Source: Amoebophrya sp. A120 (taxonomy: Eukaryota; Protista; Dinoflagellata). From it: a stretch of DNA of 64,000 nt. Positions 1 through 11,500 of this stretch are shown here, piece after piece. Made by a program: the position numbers and the translations under genes. The stretch covers positions 11,520,733 through 11,584,732 of the forward strand of contig CAJINV010000003.1 in assembly GCA_905178155.1 (NCBI GenBank). Reading direction: 5' to 3'. Positions within the stretch are counted from its first letter, which is position 1. Each line of letters begins with the position of its first letter. Under the pieces are notes generated by a model that had not been told where the DNA came from, did no database searches, and saw only the letters and a list, made by a program, of their open reading frames with translations.

Positions 1-1
1 G

Positions 2-544
2 ACGGTAAAGGTGTAGACCAGGGCCCCAGTCGTGTCTCAGAATCTGGCGTCCCGGAATCTGGTGCGCCGGCGTCTGGATCTGGAAGAGTTGGGGCGTCGC
101 TCTACGTACAAAAAAAGCACAGCTCGACTTTCATAGTGACAATTTGAGATGTCTCTCGTTAGCACTTTGAGCTGCATCCCTGTCCACTCAAGAAGTGCTT
201 TTGCTGGGAAACATTTCGAATACAAACGGCGCCCGTCGGTCGTGGCGTCTGACTGTGCTTCTTTATTTTTCATTTCATGACTCGGCGGCAGCTGTCGCTA
301 CTTGGCGTACCTCCTGGCCCGATGCTAGGACCTACATGTCATGACATGCGTACTTGGTGGCCCAGATACGCTGGTAGACAGCTCCGGTTCCGGCCGCGCC
401 TCGCCGTGTACCAGATTCCGGGACGCCGTTCAGTCCGTAGGGGCCCCAGTCCGTAGGGGCCCTGGTCCTGGGGGCCCTGGTCCTGGGGGCCCTGGTCCTG
501 GGGGCCCTGGTCTGAGCAGGGGCCCTGGTCTACCCGGATACCGT
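2..544. mobile_element. MITE/foldback-like element with TIRs and subterminal repeats
   Basis: 2-27 ACGGTA-aaggt-GTAGACCAGGGCCCC is the inverted copy of 519-544 GGGGCCCTGGTCTAC-ccgga-TACCGT. A second inverted pair lies at ~46-72 and ~402-427 (GGCGTCCCGGAATCTGGT / ACCAGATTCCGGGACGCC). The left flank is cut by the window edge, so the TSD is unknown. Confidence 0.65.
456..530. repeat. 15-bp tandem repeat (GGGGCCCTGGTCCTG)x3 plus partial copies
   Basis: Copies at 456, 471 and 486, partial copies at 501 and 519. The unit derives from the TIR of the element at 2-544. Confidence 0.9.
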
Positions 545-1009
545 AAACGACATCAAAATGACATCGGGGATGACGTCGTGAAATAAGATCGCAAGAGTGT
601 TTATTGATGTTTAGTCGTTGTTTTCAAAATTTGCGTTTGTGTGGTGGTAGGTTTCAGGTTTCGGTTTGCTTTGACTCCGAATCCAAAATGGAAGGAAATC
701 TTCACGTCAGGAAAGTTCGTACGCCATAATCTTTCCTGCTCATGCTTTAGATTCGCACATGGATTAATGGCTGCCTAAATGCTGTGACAGTGACACGTAT
801 GCGCCCGAAACAAAAGAGCTAACAATTACATGCGTCTTCATCTCATGTTGACGAAACGAGGTTTTTTTGAACGACATGCTACACCGACTAATTAAACAAG
901 CAGCTTTCTTTTCTCATTATGTCTGTGCTACGGAAAAAATGTTTCCATCAACCACGACATTGTACTTTTTCGGACGAACAAATAAATGCACACCATTCCA
1001 GGTAGTTGC

Positions 1010-1066
1010 ACGACTACCGACGTCAGGTTGTACGACTACCGACGTCAGGTTGTACGACTACCGACG
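1010..1066. repeat. 22-bp tandem repeat ACGACTACCGACGTCAGGTTGT x2.6
   Basis: Exact copies at 1010-1031 and 1032-1053, partial copy at 1054-1066. Confidence 0.9.
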
Positions 1067-1755
1067 ACCAGCGGTGCACGAACAGAAAGGCAAGGTAAAG
1101 CTAATAGACCGAAGCCAAGCAAACCACTTCACGCTCAACAAATTAAGATTAACCGACGGAGACCACAAAAACCGAAAGGCGAAGACGGGATATCGATAAT
1201 CGGCCTCGTCGGGCAAACCGAAAATCATATTCATACATAGATAAAGTACGCGTACAACCAAAAGCTGCCAGCACGAGCCTGCCGAAAAGCATTTATACTA
1301 TAGGTATAGATAGCTCCACTTTTATGCTATAAAATCAATGCTTCAAACACCGAGGGTGTCACCGAGCAGAGCTCTGGAGTACAAATCAAAATGAATTTCA
1401 ATTTTTAGAAAAACAAAAAGATACAAGATAAAGACGAACAGCAAGAGAGGGGAAACCTAAATCTTCTTGACAGCTCAGCTCTACTTCTATATCTTCGACT
1501 TCGTCGGAAGAAGTTGTGGCGCTACTGTGCATATGCTTTCGCTAGCGCTACAGCTGTAGTCCGATTTACTAGGTCGCTTGTCGCAAGCAGTGTTGAAAGT
1601 AGGGCAGCGCAACAATACCCCTCGTGTCGTGGAAGAGAAACTGATAGAATTCGATTCTCGCGATCAGCAATTTCATCTCCAGGAGTGTTGATCTAGAACT
1701 AGAACAAGAGGAGAGCAGCTGCAAATCGAAACATGCGTTTCTTATTCTTTCGCAT

Positions 1756-4700
1756 TCACTTCTCGTCTCCATGCCTCCCACTCGACGGCTCCGCGGTGGA
1801 ATCTTCGGCATCCGACAAAGAAACCACCTTTACGTGTAAATGATGGTCTTTGGTCTCGTGGTTCTCCCCACAGACCCGACACTTCGGTTCGTTTAGACAC
1901 TCTCGGTAGCTATGCCCAAACTCCAAACAGCGGAAACACTGGTTCTTTTTGCTATGCAGCTTTTTCAACTTGTGATCCGCCTGTTGGATGTCGACGTCAA
2001 TTTGAAACCGGCCTTTCTTCTGGAGGAGAAGAGGTGCATGTGCTTCTGCTTGCGATTTTTTGACACTGGTGTTCATTTTTGAGTCGTCATCGTCATCCTT
2101 GTGTTGTTGTCGTGCAGCGCCGTATGTCCCAGCTCCCGTAGGAGGTTGTACGACGGAAGATATTTCTGGTGTACGACAGGAGACCCTTGATGCCGGAGAG
2201 AAGTCGCCGGAGAGTAGAGGATACTCTTCATGAACAAGATTGTCCCTATGCTGATTCTCGGTTCTTGAGGTCCCTGAAAAATTATGATCGTCCGCTTTCA
2301 ACTTCGAACAAACAAACTCGTGGTACTCTAAGTAGTTCCGGCCCTCTCGGTCGTGCATGTTTACCCTTGCCTGGTGCTTCAGCAACAGATCAGCTGCTTT
2401 TCTTACAAACGGGTTCTCCTCCTTCTGCTGCTCTTCTCCGCTACTTCTATTCCTATTACCGGGAATCAAGTAGAAGAGAACCGTCCGCAACTCCTTATCC
2501 ACCGCGTCGAGAAACTGTGGCGCAAAATTCTCGTACTCCACCAGCAACCGGAAAATTTCGAAAGCTTTTGCGTCAAATTTTGCCGTGTTGATGTGTTGCT
2601 TGCCGTTACTGTCACTCCTTCCAACTGTTCGCTCATCTAGCTGCTCTAAGGCGGACCGGCAAATCTCGTGCAAGCAGGTACGCCCCTCATCGTCGCGGTT
2701 CTTTGCTAAGTTTAGTCGGTCTATACTTCTATTGGAAGGATTCTCTTGATCTACTTCGTCACCTGTTTCAGTTTGTTCATCAACCACTACCGGCGTAGCT
2801 CTCCTTGTCTTCATCAGCAGCTTCAGCATCTCGACGTTCCGATCCCTCACCGCGACACTGACCGGCGGCAAGTACTCCAGCATATCGTTCCGCCGGCGGT
2901 GCGCCCGTTGGAGAGGCTTGAAGTTGCTCTGGAGCAAGGGGTTTTCCAGCAAGAGCCTCACCATTGCGGTGTTTTGCTTCTCAACCGCGTAATGCAAGAC
3001 AGATTTCCCCCACCGGTCCAAATGGGTAACGGAGAGGAGCTTGTTGCTTTTTGATGTTGTCGTATTGGCCATTTGCGTTTCATTTGATGCTCGTCGTCCA
3101 CTTGGCGCTTTCTTGTTAGTTGACGAAAGCGCAGACAAATATGATGTTGATGTAGGAACTGTCGCTGTCTGTTCCTCCAGTAGGTACCGCAAAACATTCA
3201 GGTTCCCGCCGATCACGGCGTAGAACAACACACTCTGGTGGTTCGCGTCTTTCGCGAGCAGAATTCCATTGTAATCCGTCACTATCCTCTTAAAGAACGT
3301 CTGACGTTCCACTCTATCCTCGCGTCGATCAAACGCCTTGCTCCCCGCTATCAAATGCACGGGAGTTTGTCCGTTCCCGTCTGCCAGGTTGATGTCGGCT
3401 TTCGCCTCTAGAAGAAGCCGAGCCAGCTCTCGCTGCATGCTCTCTTTTAGTTTTTGTTGCGCAAGATCGTTGTTTATGGCGTTGATGCCCCCGGCGCCGT
3501 CACTTCCAGCCAGCAACCGCAATAGCGGTGTCCTGCCTCGGTACTTCTTGTCAAACCCGCCGTTCGGGTCCACAACGTTCGCCTGCAACAGGATCTTCGC
3601 CACAAGAATGTCGCCCCGTTGGAAACTACTGTACAGAACTTCTTCTTCGGTTGTAGTTGTGTAGTTCTCGTACTTATTTTCTACTTTGAGATTATCGACA
3701 TAAAAACCCTCGTTATTTGATGACGACGTGATATATTTGTTAGTATTCAACACCGTCTGCTGTTCCGTCCAGTCCAAATACGCTGCGTACTCCCTCAATC
3801 TCGGTTTCCGGATCAACCCGCAGAGTTTCCGGTGCATCGCTTCGGCGTTTTCGTAGCCCCGTGCTGCAACTTTTTCTTCCTCCAGCCTCCGGACCATCTC
3901 CACGGCGTTCGCGGACGTACCCCCGAGCTCGAAGAAATGGCTCTTGTTCGTGATGGCGGCTGGCTTCAGATGGAGAACTTCGGACCAGAGAAGTTGCAGC
4001 TTTTGCTCGGTTGGAGTGGCAATGAGGACTGGTCGTGGTGGTCGCGTCGTCCCTGGTGACGTCGGTGTGGCCCCGGCTAGATGGTTTTTCCTCTCCCCGT
4101 CGTGTTGTTGCTGCGCACTATCAAGCACAGCCTCATCACTTTCCGCATCCGCTGCGCTCAAGCTGGTCGTGGGAGCAACGAGTGTAAAAAGATGCTCTAG
4201 GTCGCTCTCATCTACTTTCGAATCGTAGCTGGAATGGCCCTCGATCACTTCTCTTTCTTTTCTCCTCTTCATGGCTTCCAACACCCGCAAGCGATCAATT
4301 TTCCCCGAGGTTGTCATGGGCAGGGCTCCTCGCAGCTCCAAAAACCGGGCTGGAACGGCGTGTCGGGGCAGTTTTGACTCGCAGAAAGCACGCACAGCGA
4401 TGATGAAGTCGGAGGTTGGGGACGAGGAAGTCATGGCATCATAATTTTTATCAAGAGGACCCACTTTTCCTGCAGACTGGTCTGCAGGATTTCTCAGCGT
4501 GTTTCTCGTTTCCTCGTACACAATGGCCACGAGCGACTTCTTCGTTCGGGTTCGCAAAGGAGGAGCACTTGCCGGAGCTTCATCCTGTTGTTTACTAACA
4601 CTGACCTGAGTCAGCACAGGAGTCTTCACTTCTGGACCCCCTTTCTCGTTGGCGATGGAAGCGGTAGCCGTGTCAGTTGCTCCGTCGATGTTCTTGCCAG

Positions 4701-7233
4701 TCGTGAACATTTCGGAACTAAAAATCTCCTCTTGAACCACCGTGCAGATGCAACATGTCGCAATTTCGCTGACAACTGCTTCTACCTCACCCAATTCGAC
4801 CCGAAACCCATTCAGCTTGACCTGCCGATCCAAACGGCCGCAAATCCGAAAAGCATCTGTAGTCATGTTCACTTCGTGATTGTGCTCATCTGAAGCGGCC
4901 GAGGAAACTGAGAGTACTTCCACCGCATCTCCGCTACGAAACCATTTTGATACAGACGCTTCTGCCGGTACTAGAAGTCCTCGTGCACTAGCTCCAGAAG
5001 TGGCCAAACCAGCTGCTTGGTTCTTTGGCTCGCTGAAAAAACCGTGCGCGGACCATGCGGCTTGCGTAGTTTTTGGTGCATGTTCACTCTGAGCAGCGGC
5101 GTACGACAGTACCTGCGCGCCGCCAATCAACAGTTGCAACTCCCCAGTCCCGGCATCTTTGACGGCTTTAAACATAGTGTGGTTTCCCCGTAGTGGGTAC
5201 AACAGCTGCGATTTCTTTTGCGCAGATGCTGTATCGCGGCCGTCTAGCAACAGGAGGTTTTTCGAGACCGCCTGATACACCGTCGCTTCCGTCACGCCGT
5301 AGATGTTATGCAGCGCGCGGAGATTTTTCGGCACGAAGATATCCTCCTTTCGCCACGATTCACCACCGAGCAAGAGCATGCGCAGCGAACTGCAGACCAT
5401 CTCGTGGTCCTCGTGCTTCTCAGAGCACGACGACCTCCTCAGGAGCTTCCACAGTGCCGGGGTGGCCAGAACGTGGGTCACGCCGAATTTCTCGATGCAG
5501 CCTCGCAGGTCGGATACCAACTCCGCCCTTGCTGGCAGGACCAGGGTTGCGCCGTACAGCAGTGTTCCAAAGACATCGGAAATGGAGGGGTCCCAGGTAA
5601 CAGCGCTGCACAAAAGAACGACGTCGGCACGGGTCGTTTTTGTTTCGTTTATTTTTCCATTTTCTGCGACACATACTTCACGCTGGTCGCTCTCAATTCC
5701 TCGCCCTCGTGGCGCTTGAAGCCCCCGATGGTACGTCGTCCCTCTCTTTCGATATAAAACGTCGCTTTTCCTCTCGTCCTCATTTGCCCATGTCCCTTGG
5801 AAGAGGTAAGCATCCAGCGCAAACTGCGTTCCCACCACCGCTTTCGGCACGCCGGTGGACCCACTTGTGTAAACCTGGTACAGAGGCAGCGGGTCAGATT
5901 CGCTGCACCACGATGGGTGCCCGTGGGTACCAGGGGTACTGAAAATAGGAGCTTCATCATTCTCCCCAATCGTGATCATGTCACTCGCCTCCGCCAAGAT
6001 CTTCTCAGTGGCGTCGATATTGAGACGTTCCTGCAGGTAATCTTGCAGAACCCGGTCGCCATCCACATTCCTCGAAATTTCTGCCAGGCCATTTCTGCAT
6101 ACCAAAAGGTCTTCCTCGAGCAACAATTCGCTTGTTCCTAAACTTTTCATCCTACGTGTTGCACCTGATGATCCTCGGCCATCGCTCGGCACATCTCCAT
6201 CCCGGTGTCGTGCCCAAATCTGCATTAGAAGCGAGTTCTCCGTCTTCTTTGCGACGCAGGACGTACTGCTTCTTTGGCGAGATAAATCAAGTTCGACTTC
6301 ATCTTTCTCGCCGGGAATGTTGACCATATGGCCTCGCTCCGCTGCAGGTCGCAGGCTGATGGTTGGACTCGCCTTGGCCCAATCGATATTCGCGAAAGAA
6401 GACAATGTAGAGGACCTACCTCTATTTGCACGACCTATGCCGCGTTCGCGCTCCTCCTTTCGCTGCTCTCGTCGGCTTTCAGCCTCATCTTCGAGCTGTT
6501 CGCAAGTACCGCGTTCCATAGCCGCCCTGTTCGGCTCGGTTTCCGTTTTCTCAGTGATAACCGCCTTCTGTTCCATTTTTTCAGCCGCTTGCAGCAGGTT
6601 TTCGACCACAGCCTCGTATTTTGCATCGTACACCAGCAAGGCGCAATCCTGCAGCATGGTGATCAGTCTGGAAACCGGGTACGTTGGGTCTAGCGGCACA
6701 AACACCGCGTTGATTTTCGCGGCGGCCAGCTGGGACACCGGCACAACGACCCCCTCGTCGGCGAGCACGCCAAAAGTGATTATTTTGGAACAGCTTGATC
6801 CTGCACTCGTTTGTCTTTGGTGCATCTTTTTGTTCTTCATTCGGTCCAAATGATCTCCCTTGCCCGCCTGGTCGCGCAAGAAGAACGCGTTTGAAAGAAG
6901 GTGCTTTCCCAAGGACGTCGCCATTTGCTTCACCTCCAGATACGAATAGGAAACCGCAAAAGGCTGCGACGCCGCGTCAATCAGCGCTATGGGTTCGTCT
7001 GCTTCGGTATCATCGTTTTTATGGGCAACACCCGCGAAGTAGTGATCGCGAGCTTTCGAAGTAGAGTTGTCAGTGCTTTCGTCTGCGGCGTCATCATTCT
7101 TGCCAGTCCTCGTGTCGTCCGGCTGTTGATGCAGCCTGCTTGGATACATTTCTTCGCATGTTTTCAAAAACCGTCCCCACAAAGGGCCAGGCGGGGCCTG
7201 AGTATCTGATTCTCGGAGAGATGAAGGAGCCAT
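1756..7233 (-). CDS. Single-module NRPS-like protein: adenylation domain, carrier (PCP) domain, ankyrin repeats, C-terminal zinc knuckles; 1825 aa, intronless
   Basis: A-domain motifs FVPLDPTYP, YTSGSTGVPK, NIYGVTE, FRSGD, GRLDRQVKLNGFRVELGEVE and LPMTTSGKIDR. PCP motif HFFELGGTS. Ankyrin-like GQTPVHL, GKSVLHYAV and GRTCLHE. Knuckles CFRCLEFGHSYREC and CRVCGENH. Confidence 0.88.
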   Translation of the reverse strand: MAPSSLRESDTQAPPGPLWGRFLKTCEEMYPSRLHQQPDDTRTGKNDDAADESTDNSTSKARDHYFAGVAHKNDDTEADEPIALIDAASQPFAVSYSYLEVKQMATSLGKHLLSNAFFLRDQAGKGDHLDRMKNKKMHQRQTSAGSSCSKIITFGVLADEGVVVPVSQLAAAKINAVFVPLDPTYPVSRLITMLQDCALLVYDAKYEAVVENLLQAAEKMEQKAVITEKTETEPNRAAMERGTCEQLEDEAESRREQRKEERERGIGRANRGRSSTLSSFANIDWAKASPTISLRPAAERGHMVNIPGEKDEVELDLSRQRSSTSCVAKKTENSLLMQIWARHRDGDVPSDGRGSSGATRRMKSLGTSELLLEEDLLVCRNGLAEISRNVDGDRVLQDYLQERLNIDATEKILAEASDMITIGENDEAPIFSTPGTHGHPSWCSESDPLPLYQVYTSGSTGVPKAVVGTQFALDAYLFQGTWANEDERKSDVLYRKRGTTYHRGLQAPRGRGIESDQREVCVAENGKINETKTTRADVVLLCSAVTWDPSISDVFGTLLYGATLVLPARAELVSDLRGCIEKFGVTHVLATPALWKLLRRSSCSEKHEDHEMVCSSLRMLLLGGESWRKEDIFVPKNLRALHNIYGVTEATVYQAVSKNLLLLDGRDTASAQKKSQLLYPLRGNHTMFKAVKDAGTGELQLLIGGAQVLSYAAAQSEHAPKTTQAAWSAHGFFSEPKNQAAGLATSGASARGLLVPAEASVSKWFRSGDAVEVLSVSSAASDEHNHEVNMTTDAFRICGRLDRQVKLNGFRVELGEVEAVVSEIATCCICTVVQEEIFSSEMFTTGKNIDGATDTATASIANEKGGPEVKTPVLTQVSVSKQQDEAPASAPPLRTRTKKSLVAIVYEETRNTLRNPADQSAGKVGPLDKNYDAMTSSSPTSDFIIAVRAFCESKLPRHAVPARFLELRGALPMTTSGKIDRLRVLEAMKRRKEREVIEGHSSYDSKVDESDLEHLFTLVAPTTSLSAADAESDEAVLDSAQQQHDGERKNHLAGATPTSPGTTRPPRPVLIATPTEQKLQLLWSEVLHLKPAAITNKSHFFELGGTSANAVEMVRRLEEEKVAARGYENAEAMHRKLCGLIRKPRLREYAAYLDWTEQQTVLNTNKYITSSSNNEGFYVDNLKVENKYENYTTTTEEEVLYSSFQRGDILVAKILLQANVVDPNGGFDKKYRGRTPLLRLLAGSDGAGGINAINNDLAQQKLKESMQRELARLLLEAKADINLADGNGQTPVHLIAGSKAFDRREDRVERQTFFKRIVTDYNGILLAKDANHQSVLFYAVIGGNLNVLRYLLEEQTATVPTSTSYLSALSSTNKKAPSGRRASNETQMANTTTSKSNKLLSVTHLDRWGKSVLHYAVEKQNTAMVRLLLENPLLQSNFKPLQRAHRRRNDMLEYLPPVSVAVRDRNVEMLKLLMKTRRATPVVVDEQTETGDEVDQENPSNRSIDRLNLAKNRDDEGRTCLHEICRSALEQLDERTVGRSDSNGKQHINTAKFDAKAFEIFRLLVEYENFAPQFLDAVDKELRTVLFYLIPGNRNRSSGEEQQKEENPFVRKAADLLLKHQARVNMHDREGRNYLEYHEFVCSKLKADDHNFSGTSRTENQHRDNLVHEEYPLLSGDFSPASRVSCRTPEISSVVQPPTGAGTYGAARQQHKDDDDDSKMNTSVKKSQAEAHAPLLLQKKGRFQIDVDIQQADHKLKKLHSKKNQCFRCLEFGHSYRECLNEPKCRVCGENHETKDHHLHVKVVSLSDAEDSTAEPSSGRHGDEK

Positions 7234-8514
7234 GGTTTGGGTAGTTGGGTGCGCGTTCTAGACCACCTAGAAGGCCATAGTTCGAGTATGATAGATTCTG
7301 ACTCACATCTTCGTCGTGGTAGAATTTTTTTGAAATGTTAATGTCACGGGGACGCAGTTGAAAGGCACAGACACTCAATGGATCATCAACATGCTTTGTC
7401 GCAATAAGTAAAGTATACAACCACCCGCCAATTCTGAATACGAATTGCTGGTTCTTCTCGTGTAATAAGCACAGATGTCGCTAGTAGAGCTAGAAGGTAC
7501 AACTTCTTATACTAATGTTTACTACTACTTCAGGGATGCAAGAGGAGTCGGTGAGCGTAGCCCATGGCCCTGTGATAGATTGATTTGTAACGACCGACAC
7601 ATGAAGACACTATTTTCATCACGAGAAGCGACGGCAAGAAATAGACAAGCGGTTCTTGTGTAACTTTGGCGTTTTTTACATCTTCCTCGTGCTGATCCTA
7701 CACTGATCAACAACGTCATCATCTTCTTTGCCATCTAACATTCCTTGTTTTTCTCCTCGTTGTGACCTCCTGCTGCGCATAATTTCCATCTGCGATTATG
7801 GAACGAATTCTTATTAATTTTGGAACCTCCTCCTCCTGACAATTTATTTTCTACGCCTCAGTCACGGACAGTTCTAACAATACACGTCATGGTCATTTTT
7901 AACATTCATCCTGAAGATTTGCACGCACAGACTAAACGACGTGAACCACCGATCGACGCGAGCGACTTAATATTGTTCTCAAATACAGTAGACGTTGACG
8001 TACGAATTCCACCAAACGACATATGTGCAATTGGCGAACGAGACACAACATGACGCACAACTGCACACAAAAAACATCATACCCTAGGAGCAAAACCATT
8101 CGATAGAAGACAGGAACCGAACTCGTGGTTGCTTGGTCTCTTAGGTCGAAGAAAGGAGCCCGGGGCTTTGGCGTTCCTTTTTTTGCCCCCGATTTCCTCA
8201 ATCGCGGCTGTCGAAGTACAAAGATTCAGTGGGAATAAGTGCTTTAGCTGCTAGCAAAGAAATCTTCACAGCGGAGCGACCAAAAATGAAACCTCGATCG
8301 TAGACACCTGCTGCAGTAGTTCATTCCGCAGAAATGAAGAGAGACTCACGTCGGCTTGTCTTTGTCATGGCAAGGTAGAGATTCATGGAGTTCATCTGCG
8401 CATGCCCCTCACTGTCATTGTCTACATCGAGCAAAAAGTTCAGCTACACTCGAATACGGTTCATTCATTCTTCCTTCGTAGTGTAAGAACTACATCATCA
8501 TCGAAATTTCATTT

Positions 8515-11500
8515 TCAATCCGAGTCCGAACTCGGTGGCTGCTCGACTTTGATCGCCTTCGCAAGACAATCAAGCTGAGACGACTCATCATGGCCGAGCA
8601 GCCCCCGTGGTACTGTAGTTGCAGAAGCGCGACTGTGCTCGTCCCGGGTTATGATGTCCACCACCTTTTCCTTTGCAGCTATTTCGTTTTGCACGCGTTG
8701 CCATCCTTCTGTCCCCGCCTGCAGTTCTTCCTGCTGTTTCTGATGAAACTCAATCTGCGTTTTGGCCTGAACCTGCTGCGCCGGCGCCAGCAGAAGTCCG
8801 ACATTCACATTAGCTCCGCTGCCGCTCAAACCACTCGCCGTGGTGGACTTTGTCGTGGTTCGGCTGGCCGGGTGGAAAATACTCGGCGACTGGACGGACT
8901 TCTTCTGTAGTAGCTCCTGATGTCCATGATCCGCGTGTTGTGCATCTTGGTGTGACTGTGAGAAATTTCTTGTCGCACTATTCGCAATAAAAGCCTTCGT
9001 GTTTTTCGGATTTCGACTCGTCGGAGTGTCACTAGCTGTGACACCACCAGCTTTCCCTTTTGACTTTCCACGAGCTGTGGCACTAGTAGTAGACGACGCT
9101 GGTTTATCGAAAGGAAAAATCCCCCCTCCCCATAACAAAACGGAATTTCTGATGCTGCACTTGTGTACACAAATCAGCTTTGTATTGCAGGGCGGCATTG
9201 CGGCCAGATCCCCAGGCTAGGTAGGGGCGTATGGATCTAGTTGCTCAGCATGGCAAGCGGCTCCCTTTTAGGCTCAACAGCATGACAAATTGCTTCCAAA
9301 GTAGGGCGGAAGCTTCTGCCCTTGTCTTCTTGCAAGATCAATGTGATTTGTGGCCTCAAATCAGCAACACAAATTTTCGGAAACATACCTTTTCAATATG
9401 GGGAGGGGGGATTTTTCCTTACGATATGGTTTATTAGCTGCAGAAACCCGCGGCCCACCAGGACCTCCAGCAGCCCGCTTGCTTCCCCGCGCAGCTGCAT
9501 CTATTGAGGACGACGGTGGCGCGCTCGACTTGGTCGAAGCTGCTGCTGCAGAAGGAATGGCAACTCCTGATGGCGCTGGAGGTGAAGGTGCTTTTTTTAC
9601 ATTTTGATTTGTACCTGCTGAAACGTGTTCGCGAGTGACTCTCCTTCCTGCGGGTCTCATGCCCGCGGCTTGGGCACCATGGGGTTGCGCTTGCCCGCCT
9701 GCATTACAAACGGGTCTCGACGAGGACGAAGAGGACGAACTCGCCGGCGCTGCTCCTGTTCCTGTATTTATTGCGGCCCCGCCTCTACTATTACTAGACG
9801 CGGTGGATGAAGGACCTGCTGTAGGTCGTGGTGCAGACACAACGACATCATCGCAGCTGTCACTGCTCGTTTTGATACCCATCTTCATCACTTTGCTCTT
9901 CTGCACAACCACTCCCGCAGGGGTCTGGTCCAGTCTCGGTCGATGCTGCAGTACTTTCAACGAGGAAGCAGGAGGAGGGGAAGCGGCAGGAGCAAAAGCT
10001 GCCGGAGTGGAGAGAACTACCTTAGCAACACTTTCACTCGGCGACGGCGTTTTACTCTTGCTGTTGTTCGAAACAGCTGCAGCTCCCGTCCCCGCCGGCA
10101 CGTGCAAAATACACTTGCTGCTCGCGCTCCTGGCCGGCCGGATTCCCCCTCCACTACCATAGTTCACCATCCCTCCAGTCGCCGTGCTTTTTAACTTGCC
10201 GTAGTTCGCCCGCACCCGTTGGCTCTTCGTCAAAGCGGTGTGATGCGGCGCGTTTGCAATGGACATGCGCTGTTTGAGTCGTGTCTTCGGGCGGCTGAAG
10301 CTGCTCGCGGAGGAGGATGGATGGTGTTGCGGCAACGATTTGGGCTTGGGCTTCTCAATCTTCGGCCGGGGGTGTAACAGATTCTTGTCGCTCTGGTGTC
10401 GCCCGCTCCACCGCGGACGTACTACACGTAGATGGCTGGTGTTCTCTCGGTCGTGCAACCGGCCAGGTGCCCCCGCTGGATTTATTGCTATAATTGGTTT
10501 TTCCGGCCGTCCGAAGTGCAGCTCGTTTCGTTTCCGTTCTTTGGATAGAAAGTCCTCTAAGATCTGCGACCTCGGGACGCCCGGGACAATGGCCACTGCA
10601 GGTGGGCTCATCTTCGGCGCCCCAATTGCTGTCTTTGGCTGCTGGTGAAGACCAGCAGAGGCAGACGAAGAAGAGGAGGAGACACTTACTACAGTTCGAG
10701 TTGGTCCTGTCGTAGCAGTAGCAGCTGTCGTGGTTCTTGGCGCAGGGTTAAACAGGTTCAGGTTGGTCTCCGAAAACCGGCACTCCGACAACCGTGGTGA
10801 TGCCCCAGAAAATAACGGCGCACCGAGACCGACCTGTTGGCCACGTTGTACTAGCTGCATTTTTTGCGCCGGCTCCTCCTGCTGTGGCACACCAGGTGTC
10901 GAAACCTCACACAGGTCCTTGTCGGTGACCTCCCGTGATTTCCGTATCCTGAGTAAAAACGTACCCACACCAGAGTTGTAATGCAGATTTGCACAGACAG
11001 GAAGACTTGTAATGCGCATCCCCATGAGAGCCATTTCCAGTCGTGTTTTGGAATTTGTGATGCTGTGAACAGGATGAGCAGATGAATCTGTGATGCGGCT
11101 GCACTTGCTAACCTGGCTGCACTACACTGCAGAGCGCGACTTGTCATGCGTGACTCACAAAACTCCTAGGCTTGTGTTGCAAAATCCCCATCCTGACTCT
11201 GGTGTGGGTACGTTTTTACAAATGATATTCCGCAGAACCTCCCTAGCCAGCGACAGGTAGTCGATTGCCGGGCTGCTCACATCCGTCACTACTTCAACTT
11301 CCGGCCGAAACGGCAACAGGTTCGTCGCCTTCGCCTTTTTATCCATTGCAAAAGTTGTTGTATCGTGCTCGAAGCAATTGCAATACTGCATGACAAACCT
11401 CTTTGTTCCTGAGGCAACTTCCAAACACAAATTCCACTATCGTTTCCGTTTCGCTTTTGACTCGAGCGAAAAAATTGCATTTAAGTGCAATTACGAATAC

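Noticed and set aside
341-586. ORF with collagen-like GPGPG repeats
   Set aside because: It is a translation of the 15-bp tandem repeat inside the foldback element.
675-695. CCAAAATGG resembling the reverse complement of the dinoflagellate spliced leader
   Set aside because: Only a 9-nt match, and the flanks disagree.
7475-8420. Possible small gene between the NEK and NRPS-like genes
   Set aside because: Only short ORFs, with no motif or consistent splice model.
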